From: Chloroflexota bacterium
GTDB taxonomy: Bacteria; Bacteroidota; Ignavibacteria; Kapaibacteriales; UBA961
Direction: 5' to 3'
Assembly: GCA_041917875.1 (NCBI GenBank)
Contig: JAYRWZ010000170.1
Coordinates: 1-40,217 of the forward strand
Length of the DNA: 40,217 nucleotides
A model generated the notes under the pieces. The model worked only from the letters and a program-made list of their open reading frames with translations. It had not been told where the DNA came from and ran no database searches. This document shows positions 29,255 to 38,085 of the stretch, in pieces. Position 1 is the stretch's first letter. Every line of letters begins with the position of its first letter. The position numbers were made by a program, and so were the translations under genes.

Positions 29255-31351
29255 TTAACGCTCTCCGCGTGCTCGTTTTGCTTGGAATTCTTTCACCATA
29301 TCATCTTGCACCTGCTTAGGTACTGTCGCATATTTTGCAAACTCCATACTAAATTCACCTTTACCTTGTGTCACCGAACGTATGTCCGTCGAATAGCCAA
29401 ACATTTCCGATAAAGGCACTTCCGATTCAATTGTCACATAACCCGCATCTGTTTCGGTTCCCATGATAACCCCGCGACGCTGGTTTATTTGTCCAATAAC
29501 TACTCCTTGGAACTCTTCCGGCGCACTCACCTCAAGTTTCATGATTGGCTCGAGAATCACAGGCTTAGCACTTGCATAGCATTCACGTATAGCGGTCATT
29601 GCAGCTGTCTTAAACGCCATCTCTGATGAATCCACGGGGTGGTATTGTCCATCATTGAGTACAACACGCACACCTACGACCTTTTGACCTATTAACTGAC
29701 CATCGCCAAGTTGTTCCTTAAATCCTTTATCACAAGCTGGGATATATTCACGAGGAATAACACCACCCACAATATCATCAACGAATTCATAGGTTTCTAC
29801 TGCATCGGAAGGAAGGGGCTCAAGATAACCCGCTACACGACCATACTGACCGGAACCACCCGTTTGCTTTTTATGGGTATAGTTAAACTCTGCTCTTTGA
29901 GTAATTGCCTCTCGGAACGCCACTTTGGGACGACCAACAATAATTTCTGTATTGTACTCACGGCGGATACGCTCGATGTAAATTTCTAAGTGAAGCTCAC
30001 CCATCCCTTTAATGATAGTTTCTCCACTTTCTTCATCACGATAGACACGAAATGTCGGATCTTCTTTTGTAAAACGATTTAACGCCTTTGAGAAATTTAC
30101 TTGACCTGATTTTTCTTTTGGGGTCACCGCCAGCTCGATTACCGGCTCAGGAACAAACATTGATGTCATGGTAATCTGCACACTGCCATCCGTAAAGGTA
30201 TCACCCGATGCACATTCAACGCCAAACAATGCAACTATCTCGCCTGCGCCTACTTCTTCGATATCATGCATCTCATTAGAGTGCATACGTACAACTCTAG
30301 GCACTTTTACTTTTTTGCCATTGGCCATATTATAGATAGTATCACTTTTACGTAATGTACCTTGATAAATACGCATATAGGTTAATTGTCCAAAACGACC
30401 ATCTTCAAGTTTAAATGCAAGCGCAACCAGCGGTGCATCGGGGTTTGAAGTCAATGTAACTTTAGCTTCATTGTTCTGCTGATCTAAGCCCTCATTGGTG
30501 ACATCTGTTGGACATGGCAAATAGTCAATCACACCATTAAGCAATAGCTGCACACCGGTATTTTTCTTTGCAGATCCACAGAAGACAGGAGTAATAGCCA
30601 ATTTGATTGTTTCACGACGAATAACAGGTTTCAGCTCAGCAGCCGTTACTTCTTCTTCCATTAAGAACTTTTCTGCGATAGCATCATCATAATCCGCTAT
30701 TGCTTCTACCAAGTCATGACGTAATCTTTTGGCTTCTTCGAGTAAGTCTGCGGGTATGGCTTCATAACGCAAGTTTTCGCCATTGTCTCCATCAAAATAT
30801 ACAGCTTTCATTTCGATTAAGTCAACAACACCGGAAAGTCTGTCTTCTACGCCAATAGGCATATTCATCATAACCGGTCTATGGCTTAATTTTTCCTTCA
30901 ATTGTTGCGCCACACGAAAGGGATTAGCTCCCGAACGGTCAAGTTTATTAATAAATGCAAGACGCGGTACATTGTAACGACGCATTTGACGGTCCACAGT
31001 GATAGATTGACTCTGTACGCCCGCAACACCGCAAAGAACAAGCACGGCACCATCAAGTACACGCAATGCTCTCTCTACCTCAACAGTAAAGTCAACGTGA
31101 CCGGGAGTGTCAATGAGATTGATATGATTATCACCCCATTCGCAGAATGTTGCTGCCGATTGAATTGTGATACCTTTTTCGCGTTCCAGATCCATAGAAT
31201 CCATTTTGGCGCCTGCGCCATCTTTTCCACGCACCTCGTGAATAGCATGAATTTTTCCGGTATAAAACAGAATGCGCTCACTGAGTGTTGTTTTACCGGA
31301 GTCAATGTGTGCGGAAATTCCGATGTTTCGGATTTTTGTCATGTCCGCCAT
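29255..31351 (-). CDS. Elongation factor G paralogue; EF-G1 / mitochondrial EF-G1-like; stand-alone transcription unit
   Basis: 699 aa from [23 protein letters not shown] trimmed the track ORF to the ATG at 31351. G motifs: [17 protein letters not shown]. The switch-I block [31 protein letters not shown] resembles the GFM1-type block ([31 protein letters not shown]). Confidence 0.88.
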   Translation of the reverse strand: MADMTKIRNIGISAHIDSGKTTLSERILFYTGKIHAIHEVRGKDGAGAKMDSMDLEREKGITIQSAATFCEWGDNHINLIDTPGHVDFTVEVERALRVLDGAVLVLCGVAGVQSQSITVDRQMRRYNVPRLAFINKLDRSGANPFRVAQQLKEKLSHRPVMMNMPIGVEDRLSGVVDLIEMKAVYFDGDNGENLRYEAIPADLLEEAKRLRHDLVEAIADYDDAIAEKFLMEEEVTAAELKPVIRRETIKLAITPVFCGSAKKNTGVQLLLNGVIDYLPCPTDVTNEGLDQQNNEAKVTLTSNPDAPLVALAFKLEDGRFGQLTYMRIYQGTLRKSDTIYNMANGKKVKVPRVVRMHSNEMHDIEEVGAGEIVALFGVECASGDTFTDGSVQITMTSMFVPEPVIELAVTPKEKSGQVNFSKALNRFTKEDPTFRVYRDEESGETIIKGMGELHLEIYIERIRREYNTEIIVGRPKVAFREAITQRAEFNYTHKKQTGGSGQYGRVAGYLEPLPSDAVETYEFVDDIVGGVIPREYIPACDKGFKEQLGDGQLIGQKVVGVRVVLNDGQYHPVDSSEMAFKTAAMTAIRECYASAKPVILEPIMKLEVSAPEEFQGVVIGQINQRRGVIMGTETDAGYVTIESEVPLSEMFGYSTDIRSVTQGKGEFSMEFAKYATVPKQVQDDMVKEFQAKRARGER

Positions 31352-31434
31352 AATGCGATAACCCTTTACTGATGAAAGAATAAACGTGTATGCCTCTTGT
31401 GGTGGCTTTACGTATGTTAATAATTCAAAGACTA

Positions 31435-31464
31435 CAAAATTACGCAACTGTGATTGTATGACAA
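31435..31464 (-). promoter_or_regulatory. Bacteroidetes-type promoter for the stand-alone EF-G gene
   Basis: The minus strand reads TTG-N19-TAATTTTG. The TTG is at 31462-31464 and the -7 box at 31435-31442. The -7 octamer is identical to the one at the str promoter. Confidence 0.45.
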
Positions 31465-31684
31465 TAATTTATGAAGATTTAACATCTGTCCGCCACATAA
31501 AAATTCTATGACTGTCTTAGATTAACGGGGCGCCTTATATCGTAATATCATCCTAATTTCTGCGCATTGCCCTATCTGAATACGTCTCATGATTATGATC
31601 GCAATTCAACAAAAACAGTACCGGCACCACATACTCCTAAAGAGAGTCTAACATTTTACATTCAATAAACTTAAACAGAATATT

Positions 31685-32722
31685 TTACTCTTCAGAAAAC
31701 AATGAGCGAGAACTTTGCTTCATAAATCCGAAGTGCCTGTAGCACAAATCAGTTGCCTCTCGTCCACGCGGGGTACGTTGTAAAAAACCTTGCTGTATAA
31801 GAAATGGCTCATACACTTCTTCAAGCGTACCGGATTCTTCTCCGACAGCTACGGCAAGCGTGTTAAGCCCCACAGGACCACCACTGAATTTTTCCATTAT
31901 TGCCATCAAGATACGCTTATCCATTTCATCCAAACCGAACTCATCAACCTCCAGTGCATTCAATGCCATTTCTGCAATCGCCTTTGTAATAGTCCCCGTA
32001 CCCTTTATCTCGGCAAAATCGCGTGTGCGACGCAATATACGATTCGCTATTCGTGGCGTGCCTCGCGAACGACGTGCTATTTCCATAGCACCATCATCAT
32101 CAATGGGAACATTCATTAAGCCCGCGGATCGCTGCACTACCTTAAATAGATCTTCGGGGGAATAGTAATCTAAACGATTGATAACTCCAAATCGAGACCG
32201 GAGGGGGGCTGTAAGTAATCCGGCTCTTGTGGTTGCTCCTACTAATGTAAACTTAGGCAAGGTTAATTGTATGGAACGAGCCGACGGACCGCTGTCTATC
32301 ATTATATCCAAACGGTAATCTTCCATAGCGGAGTATAAGTATTCCTCAACTATTGCGGAAAGTCGGTGAATCTCATCAATAAATAAAATATCGCCTTGTT
32401 CCAAATTGGTTAAAAGCCCGGCAAGATCACCCGGTTTCTCTAAAACCGGACCCGATGTGGTTTTGATTTCACTTCCCATTTCTTGTGCTATGATATACGA
32501 AAGCGTCGTTTTTCCTAAGCCCGGCGGTCCTGTAAGAAGCACGTGGTCAAGTGCTTCTCCTCTTTTTTTGGCGGCTGCAATAAATATTTTCAGATTCTCG
32601 ACAATTTTTTGTTGTCCCGTAAAATCATGAAACGATGATGGACGCAGTGCCGCATCGCCTTCTTCATCGTGGGTTACATGGGGATTTGTCATTGTTGATG
32701 GTCGCGTCAAGTCTTTTGCCAT
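31685..32722 (-). CDS. ruvB: Holliday junction branch migration ATPase RuvB
   Basis: 345 aa. Walker A: [10 protein letters not shown]. Walker B: [10 protein letters not shown]. Also ...[19 protein letters not shown]. Confidence 0.95.
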   Translation of the reverse strand: MAKDLTRPSTMTNPHVTHDEEGDAALRPSSFHDFTGQQKIVENLKIFIAAAKKRGEALDHVLLTGPPGLGKTTLSYIIAQEMGSEIKTTSGPVLEKPGDLAGLLTNLEQGDILFIDEIHRLSAIVEEYLYSAMEDYRLDIMIDSGPSARSIQLTLPKFTLVGATTRAGLLTAPLRSRFGVINRLDYYSPEDLFKVVQRSAGLMNVPIDDDGAMEIARRSRGTPRIANRILRRTRDFAEIKGTGTITKAIAEMALNALEVDEFGLDEMDKRILMAIMEKFSGGPVGLNTLAVAVGEESGTLEEVYEPFLIQQGFLQRTPRGREATDLCYRHFGFMKQSSRSLFSEE

Positions 32723-32766
32723 TGTCTATACCCTGAACAATCTTAAATAGAAAGAAATAATGATAA

Positions 32767-34137
32767 TTATGATGGAAATGTGAGCGTATGCAACACTTGA
32801 TGGAGTATCGTGAGCATTTCTTTGCCTTCGCCCATACTTGTTATGATAATGATACCGACGGGTGAATGACCAAACATAATACTCAAAACACCTCGTGAAA
32901 GAGCAGCTTCGCACAATGCTACATTCGATTGTAATTGTGCAACAGAAAGCGAACGAACATTGGGACCAACCACACATACCATATCGCAAAGTTGTACCCG
33001 AACGCGCACTCCCGATACTTCGAGTAAGTCCCGCACATGCTCATCATTGCCGATTGTCAGCACTGTACAATTACCTTCCGATGATAACATCGCATATAAG
33101 GGATAGCCATGCTGTTCCAAAATGTGTAGTGATTGATTGATGACCGACGCTGATTGATTGGGACCGACAGCAAGAGTAAGATGTAAGCAATGTTCTTTCA
33201 TGGTTATCCCACGAAACCCCGTCCCATTATTATCATTATGCGGCAGTATGGTTGTCCCTTCATTCTCAGGTGCAAACGTATTTAGCACTTTAACAGTAAT
33301 ACCCATCTCTACAGCAGGTAATATTGTTTCAGGGTGTAATACCTTCGCTCCATAGTATGCCAGTTCGCGTGCTTCGGCAAAACTCATAAATGGTATTGTA
33401 AATGCGCTCGCAATACGACGTGGGTCTGTGCTGGCGATGCCGCTCACATCTGTCCAAATTTGTATTTCCTCCGCTTGAACGGCGGCGCCCAACAATGCGG
33501 CGGAATAATCAGAGCCTCCCCGCCCAAGTGTTGTTGTTCTGCCAATGGAATCTGAACCAATAAAACCCTGAGTGATAATAATCCCGCCCTCAACTAATGG
33601 CTTCACAACATATTCTTCGGCAAGAATACGCAATGCAGATCTATCCACAACACCACCTAAGAACGTATCATCTGTGCGCATAAACTTACGTGCATCCGCA
33701 AAAACAGCAGAAACACCCTCGCTTTGTGCATAAGCCGCAAATATCGTTGATGACAGTAACTCTCCCATTGCCGACGAAAATGCTATCGAACGCGGCGTAC
33801 ACTCACCCAATAATGCAACACCTTCGCAGTACACCGCAAGTTCAGTACACATCACACTTATACTCTCGATAACCTTCGACAAACGTTCCGGATTGGGTAT
33901 TAACTCCGTACATAATGCAATATGTCGTTCCCGAATTGCAGTGAGCGATTGCAGCACAGAACTGCGATCACCTTTCGCTGCATACTCGACAAGGGCTATC
34001 AAGTCATTCGTCGCACCCGAGCAAGCACTAAGCACTACTATTGGTCGCCGAGATATATCGCGTTGCACTATCGAAAGCACTGCACGCATAGCAATGGCAT
34101 TTGCAACAGAAGTGCCGCCAAATTTTTGAATTATCAT
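32767..34137 (-). CDS. lysC: Aspartate kinase
   Basis: MIIQKFGGTSVAN...TLGRGGSDYSAALLGAA...IWTDVSGIASTDPR. The C-terminal region is ACT-like. Confidence 0.9.
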   Translation of the reverse strand: MIIQKFGGTSVANAIAMRAVLSIVQRDISRRPIVVLSACSGATNDLIALVEYAAKGDRSSVLQSLTAIRERHIALCTELIPNPERLSKVIESISVMCTELAVYCEGVALLGECTPRSIAFSSAMGELLSSTIFAAYAQSEGVSAVFADARKFMRTDDTFLGGVVDRSALRILAEEYVVKPLVEGGIIITQGFIGSDSIGRTTTLGRGGSDYSAALLGAAVQAEEIQIWTDVSGIASTDPRRIASAFTIPFMSFAEARELAYYGAKVLHPETILPAVEMGITVKVLNTFAPENEGTTILPHNDNNGTGFRGITMKEHCLHLTLAVGPNQSASVINQSLHILEQHGYPLYAMLSSEGNCTVLTIGNDEHVRDLLEVSGVRVRVQLCDMVCVVGPNVRSLSVAQLQSNVALCEAALSRGVLSIMFGHSPVGIIIITSMGEGKEMLTILHQVLHTLTFPS

Positions 34138-34144
34138 GCCTTAC

Positions 34145-34191
34145 CTTAAAATAAAAAGCGGCTTCCCTGAAAAATTTTCAAGAAAACCGCT
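34145..34191 (-). terminator. Rho-independent terminator after the lipoprotein gene
   Basis: Minus-strand AGCGGUUUUC...GGGAAGCCGCU: a 10-bp stem including 2 G-U pairs, followed by TTTTTATTTT. Confidence 0.55.
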
Positions 34192-34212
34192 CCACATAAA
34201 CATACAGTATGC

Positions 34213-34776
34213 TTAGAGAGCAAAGCCCTGCGCCAATACTGCCTCAATCGGATCTTGCTCCGTAACTGTTGTTTTTTTATTATCTGTTGATGAACGCCAT
34301 GTTGATACCTCGTTTTTGGTTTCAAAGTAAAATGTCGTCATATTGCCTTTGAGGATATACACACTTGGCAAACCTTCTAACTTATATTTATCGCTGTTGG
34401 GATGACGACCACTTGCTGTACGCATAGTAAATATGGATATTTTACTGCTCGGGATACCAGCCGCTTGTAATACTTTTAGTGTGTGAGGCACATATTTCCG
34501 AGAACCGACACAAGAACAACCCGGATTCACATATACAATAACAGAACGGTTGGGGTCTGCATTGTACAAATCCGCTATCTGCTTTACTGATTCGGCATTA
34601 GGAGTGTATGTGTCCATTGTCGGCTGAAGCCAAGTAAAGCCCGGCTCCACTACTGCTTGCTCTATGGTTAATTGACGTGCAACATCTTCGGGCACTGATA
34701 CGGATTCATTGCACCCAAGCATCACAAAAAACAAAGACAGGCAAAATATGCTCTGTACTATTCTACGGTGTATCAT
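34213..34776 (-). CDS. Thioredoxin-fold-like lipoprotein with a CxC motif
   Basis: Lipoprotein signal: FCLSLFFVMLGC. The motif VIVYVNPGCSCVG resembles CxC thiol-disulfide proteins. Family assignment is tentative. Confidence 0.4.
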   Translation of the reverse strand: MIHRRIVQSIFCLSLFFVMLGCNESVSVPEDVARQLTIEQAVVEPGFTWLQPTMDTYTPNAESVKQIADLYNADPNRSVIVYVNPGCSCVGSRKYVPHTLKVLQAAGIPSSKISIFTMRTASGRHPNSDKYKLEGLPSVYILKGNMTTFYFETKNEVSTWRSSTDNKKTTVTEQDPIEAVLAQGFAL

Positions 34777-34908
34777 GATGAATACTCTGTAAAAATGGGA
34801 AAAATTGCTTCAACATTGCACTACATAACAATGTTTTAGACCAAATTATGCAATTTTTTTGAAACATGGAACTATCTATGATATTTTAACGGCTCATCAT
34901 AGCAGATT

Positions 34909-35820
34909 TTAGTTTCTTTCTGCCTCAAGTGCCATAATCATCTCACTGAAATCTTCATCAGTGAGATGGTATTTTGTATTGCAGTACTGGCAAGAAAGTT
35001 CATTTTGCTTTTCTGCACGCATTTCTTTTACTTCTTTGATACCAAGAGTTTGGATAACAGTTTTAAAGCGAGCCAATGAACAGCGGCAATAAAAATCCAA
35101 AGGTGTGGTACTGATCACATCAAAACCATCGGGTAAGATACGATGCAATATATCATCGGGGTTTTCATGATGTGCGAATAAAGTGCCCAAATCAGGTAAC
35201 TCACGCATAAGTGATTCCACACGCTCTATCTCGGCTTCACTTGCTCCCGGCATGGCTTGAGCAATAACACCGCCGCTGCCTATGATTGCTCCCTGTTCAT
35301 TATATGCGACATCTAAACGCACGCCCGATGGAATCTGCTCCGATTGCGCAAGATACAAAGCAATGTCGGATGTCACATCGCCACGCAATAACTCAACAAT
35401 CCCTGTGGTCGGTTCATAGCTGTTATAGCGAAATTTGGTTACCTTCAAAAAACCCGCGCCCAATGCTTCATGAAAATGATGTATGTGATTAAGCGGATTT
35501 TCCACACTCGGTTGCAATCGCACATAACCGCGTACCTCGCCCACTTGCAATGCCTCAGCATACATGTTTTGAATAATACCGCTCCCCTCCGTTTGAACAA
35601 TAATTCGCTCCTCACCTTTAAGAAATGAGGCAAGTAAAGCAGCTCCGGACAACACTTTACCCAAAAAATAGGAGGACAAAAGATCAAGTTCGTGTTTTTC
35701 CTGAGCGGCTAGCACTGTCTGAGTACTTTTTACCGCTACGGCACGGATATTACCACTTTTCGACAAAACACGAACGATTCTGTCGCGATGATAATAGCGT
35801 TGTTTTAATTCTTCATTCAT
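34909..35820 (-). CDS. hslO: Redox-regulated chaperone Hsp33
   Basis: 303 aa. C-terminal zinc centre: CRCS...CQYCNTKY (CxC...CxxC). Confidence 0.9.
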   Translation of the reverse strand: MNEELKQRYYHRDRIVRVLSKSGNIRAVAVKSTQTVLAAQEKHELDLLSSYFLGKVLSGAALLASFLKGEERIIVQTEGSGIIQNMYAEALQVGEVRGYVRLQPSVENPLNHIHHFHEALGAGFLKVTKFRYNSYEPTTGIVELLRGDVTSDIALYLAQSEQIPSGVRLDVAYNEQGAIIGSGGVIAQAMPGASEAEIERVESLMRELPDLGTLFAHHENPDDILHRILPDGFDVISTTPLDFYCRCSLARFKTVIQTLGIKEVKEMRAEKQNELSCQYCNTKYHLTDEDFSEMIMALEAERN

Positions 35821-35896
35821 ACAATGTGAAATTTATTGATGTGCCGATACCACATAAGCTCGGTAATGACATACGACGTATAAAACAGCAGAACTA

Positions 35897-36025
35897 CTAT
35901 ACCGGAAACAAAGTTTACCGAAAACAGAGTGGTTTTGGAGTTTTTGGTACTTGAAATCCTTACAAATCAAGAAAATCAATCATGAAAATCTATAGAATCA
36001 CTTTAATCCTAGTATAGTTTTAGAA
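35897..36025. repeat. Dispersed intergenic repeat, copy A (contains the AATCA[A/T]GAAAATC tandem)
   Basis: By my hand alignment it is roughly 80 percent identical to 37962-38070. Shared blocks: ttttggag, tccttac, gaaaatcaatcatgaaaatct, aatcacttta. An extra partial unit, attatgaaaatctct, lies at 36050-36066. Confidence 0.6.
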
Positions 36026-36074
36026 TATTCTGTATTTCGCAACCTTAGAAATTATGAAAATCTCTAAATCTGCG

Positions 36075-36115
36075 TGATAAAACAATCCCCTCACAATACC
36101 GAGACCGCGAAGGGA
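36075..36115 (-). terminator. Putative terminator after the esterase gene
   Basis: Minus-strand UCCCUUC-16 nt-GAGGGGA: a 7-bp stem with one G-U pair, followed by TTGTTTTAT. Confidence 0.4.
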
Positions 36116-36131
36116 CATAAAAATAATATCA

Positions 36132-36866
36132 TCAAAAACGTGTTGCAAGATAGTGCGGCAACATTTCCCGCCATGTGGGCCAATCATGCGGCATATCCTT
36201 ACCCCACAAGTCAAGCTCATTCGGAATGCCTTTATTCCACAAGATTTGGCTCATCTCTTTCGATGCCGGAGGATACTCATAATTACCCTGCCCCGTCACA
36301 AAATGCAAGTGCTTTTTGCTGCGCAACAACTCCAATGTATGGTGATCGTGCATATTGGGCATATAATCAACAGGAGAATTAAAATAGCAGTTCTCATCAT
36401 AATATTTGCCCGTATAGAGCTTAATATCATAGGTCCCGCTCATGCCGATAAAACCATCGAACAAATCAGGGCGACGCAATACCGTATTCACAGCATGGAA
36501 TGCGCCAAGTGATGCTCCCGTCGTAATGATCGGCACACGCTGACCTCCGCAATCATTAAATATAAAAGGCACGACCTCTTCGGCAACATAACCATTATAT
36601 TGCTGATGACGAACAGCTTTGTCACGGGTTTTCATCCGCGAATTGAGCCAGCTCTCGCTGTTAATACTGTTGATAGAATACACTTTCACCTTACCGCTGT
36701 TGATATAGGGACGTATTGCATCTATCAGATAAAAGCGCTCATACTCCAAATAGTCCGCAGCTGCAGTCGGAAACATCAATAAAGCGAAGCCATAATAACC
36801 GTACTTTACTATCTCCATTTCTTTATTGAGACGAGGACTCCACCACTTCGTAATTCTTCTTTCCAT
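36132..36866 (-). CDS. Esterase-family (alpha/beta hydrolase) protein
   Basis: 244 aa. GASLGA nucleophile elbow (GxSxG), with the general layout of the 'putative esterase' family. AAGGGAGAA lies upstream of the ATG. It ends with a TGA-TGA tandem stop. Confidence 0.7.
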   Translation of the reverse strand: MERRITKWWSPRLNKEMEIVKYGYYGFALLMFPTAAADYLEYERFYLIDAIRPYINSGKVKVYSINSINSESWLNSRMKTRDKAVRHQQYNGYVAEEVVPFIFNDCGGQRVPIITTGASLGAFHAVNTVLRRPDLFDGFIGMSGTYDIKLYTGKYYDENCYFNSPVDYMPNMHDHHTLELLRSKKHLHFVTGQGNYEYPPASKEMSQILWNKGIPNELDLWGKDMPHDWPTWREMLPHYLATRF

Positions 36867-37040
36867 AACATTCTCCCTTTCACTTTACTCATATAGAAAT
36901 TTTGTATGACAATTTACAGCGGCAAAAATCGGAAATTTATAAACAGCAGCATACCTTCTTAGCCATAACTCACCAAATTTTTTCTCTTTTCTCTCTCGGT
37001 TTGTCAGTAGTTTTGCGAAAACTTTTTAGGGATTACTCAG

Positions 37041-37859
37041 ATGATGGAACACAAATCCACCGCCATTGCCGTACCGACACCCGCTATGCCCGCCGGCTTA
37101 CAAGAATGGTTCACCGCTTTCTACCGATTGGTCATTATTCTGCGAAAAGAATGTCCTTGGGACAGAAAACAAACACACGAGTCTATCTCCCATCTTTTGG
37201 TCGAGGAAGCATACGAAACCTTAGACGCCATTGCCCATGGTGACGACAAAGAATTTTCCAAAGAATTAGGCGACTTACTGCTCCACGTGGTCATGCATGC
37301 AGTTATGGCGGAACAAAGGGGGGCTTTTACTATGCAAGATGTCATACAAAGGGTCTTTGAAAAATTAGTCCATCGCCATCCCCATGTCTTTGGTGAAATC
37401 AAAGCCGATAATGAACATGAAGTAAAACAACGATGGGAAGAAATGAAGATGAAAGAAGGACGCACTTCCGTTTTAGAAGGAGTGCCCGCCTCTATGCCCG
37501 CGCTCTTACGGGCGCAACGTATTCAAGAAAAAGCGGCAGGCGTAGGATTCGATTGGTCGGACAAAAAAGAAATGTGGAAAAAAGTGGATGAGGAGTTAGC
37601 GGAATTGCAACAAGCAATGCTCGAACATAATCCAATAAAAACTAAACAAGAATTCGGCGATGTATTTTTTGCTCTTGTCAATGCCGCTCGATTTGAAGGA
37701 ATTGTTGCAGAAGAAAGCGTTCAATTAACCAATGCTAAATTCACGCGACGATTTGCATACATTGAACAAAAAGCCGCCGAACATGGCAAAAATTTACGCG
37801 ATATGACTCTGGGCGAAATGGATGAATGGTGGAATGAAGCAAAAAAACTCGAAGCATAA
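37041..37859 (+). CDS. mazG: Nucleoside triphosphate pyrophosphohydrolase MazG
   Basis: 272 aa. Two MazG repeats: ...CPWDRKQTHESISHLLVEEAYETLDAI... and ...EELAELQQAM...EFGDVFFALVN. This is the only plus-strand gene in the window. Confidence 0.9.
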   Translation: MMEHKSTAIAVPTPAMPAGLQEWFTAFYRLVIILRKECPWDRKQTHESISHLLVEEAYETLDAIAHGDDKEFSKELGDLLLHVVMHAVMAEQRGAFTMQDVIQRVFEKLVHRHPHVFGEIKADNEHEVKQRWEEMKMKEGRTSVLEGVPASMPALLRAQRIQEKAAGVGFDWSDKKEMWKKVDEELAELQQAMLEHNPIKTKQEFGDVFFALVNAARFEGIVAEESVQLTNAKFTRRFAYIEQKAAEHGKNLRDMTLGEMDEWWNEAKKLEA

Positions 37860-37961
37860 CTCAGAAATAAGAATATGTACAAATTGTCAACACTGCTCCT
37901 ATAATTTACTCACAAAAAGCAGGGAGAAAATTCTCAAAATATCTATATTAGCATAAATAAC

Positions 37962-38070
37962 TATACACGGAATTACGTGATTTTGGAGCCGACGGTGTTT
38001 CATCCTTACTAATCATGAAAATCAATCATGAAAATCTCTGCAATCACTTTAACTCTGGCATATTTTTACT
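37962..38070. repeat. Dispersed intergenic repeat, copy B (perfect tandem AATCATGAAAATC x2)
   Basis: See copy A. It lies in the convergent mazG / DUF1501 spacer and ends 16 nt from the DUF1501 stop. Confidence 0.6.
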
Positions 38071-38085
38071 TTCTTTTACTCTTAT

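Noticed and set aside
30902-31372. Long plus-strand ORFs antisense to conserved genes. Examples: 30902-31372 (156 aa), 18046-18453 (135 aa), 3866-4207, 8448-8828, 36153-36512, 31790-32165.
   Set aside because: Each lies entirely inside a strongly supported minus-strand gene (EF-G, rplE/rpsN, the vWA protein, PAP2, the esterase, ruvB). They have odd composition rich in Cys, Phe, Ile or Ser and no recognisable motifs. Such antisense open frames are typical of AT-rich coding DNA.
31522-31590. A 22-codon minus-strand small ORF (MRRIQIGQCAEIRMILRYKAPR) in the 333-bp ruvB/EF-G spacer, considered as a possible leader peptide.
   Set aside because: It has no Shine-Dalgarno sequence and no obvious attenuator structure linked to it. 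It also lies upstream of the predicted promoter at 31435-31464. It is most likely fortuitous.
32726-32989. An 87-aa ORF overlapping the 3' end of the aspartokinase gene on the same strand.
   Set aside because: It is in an alternative frame of a well-supported gene, its sequence is Cys/Ile-rich and low complexity, and it has no start context.
34818-34842. A 7-bp hairpin (aacattg / caatgtt) between hslO and the CxC lipoprotein gene, considered as a terminator.
   Set aside because: The stem is short and AT-rich, and no U-tract follows it on the minus strand. This is not enough to call a terminator.
38009-38036. The tandem GATTTTCATGATT repeat as a Fur box or iron-responsive operator.
   Set aside because: It has only loose AT-rich resemblance to the GATAATGATAATCATTATC consensus. 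The 13-bp direct-repeat geometry does not match the hexamer or inverted-repeat Fur architecture.
35897-38070. The two ~110-130-bp repeat copies as a diversity-generating retroelement TR/VR pair.
   Set aside because: The mismatches involve all bases and indels rather than adenine-specific substitutions. Neither copy lies inside a coding region, and no reverse transcriptase is present in the window.
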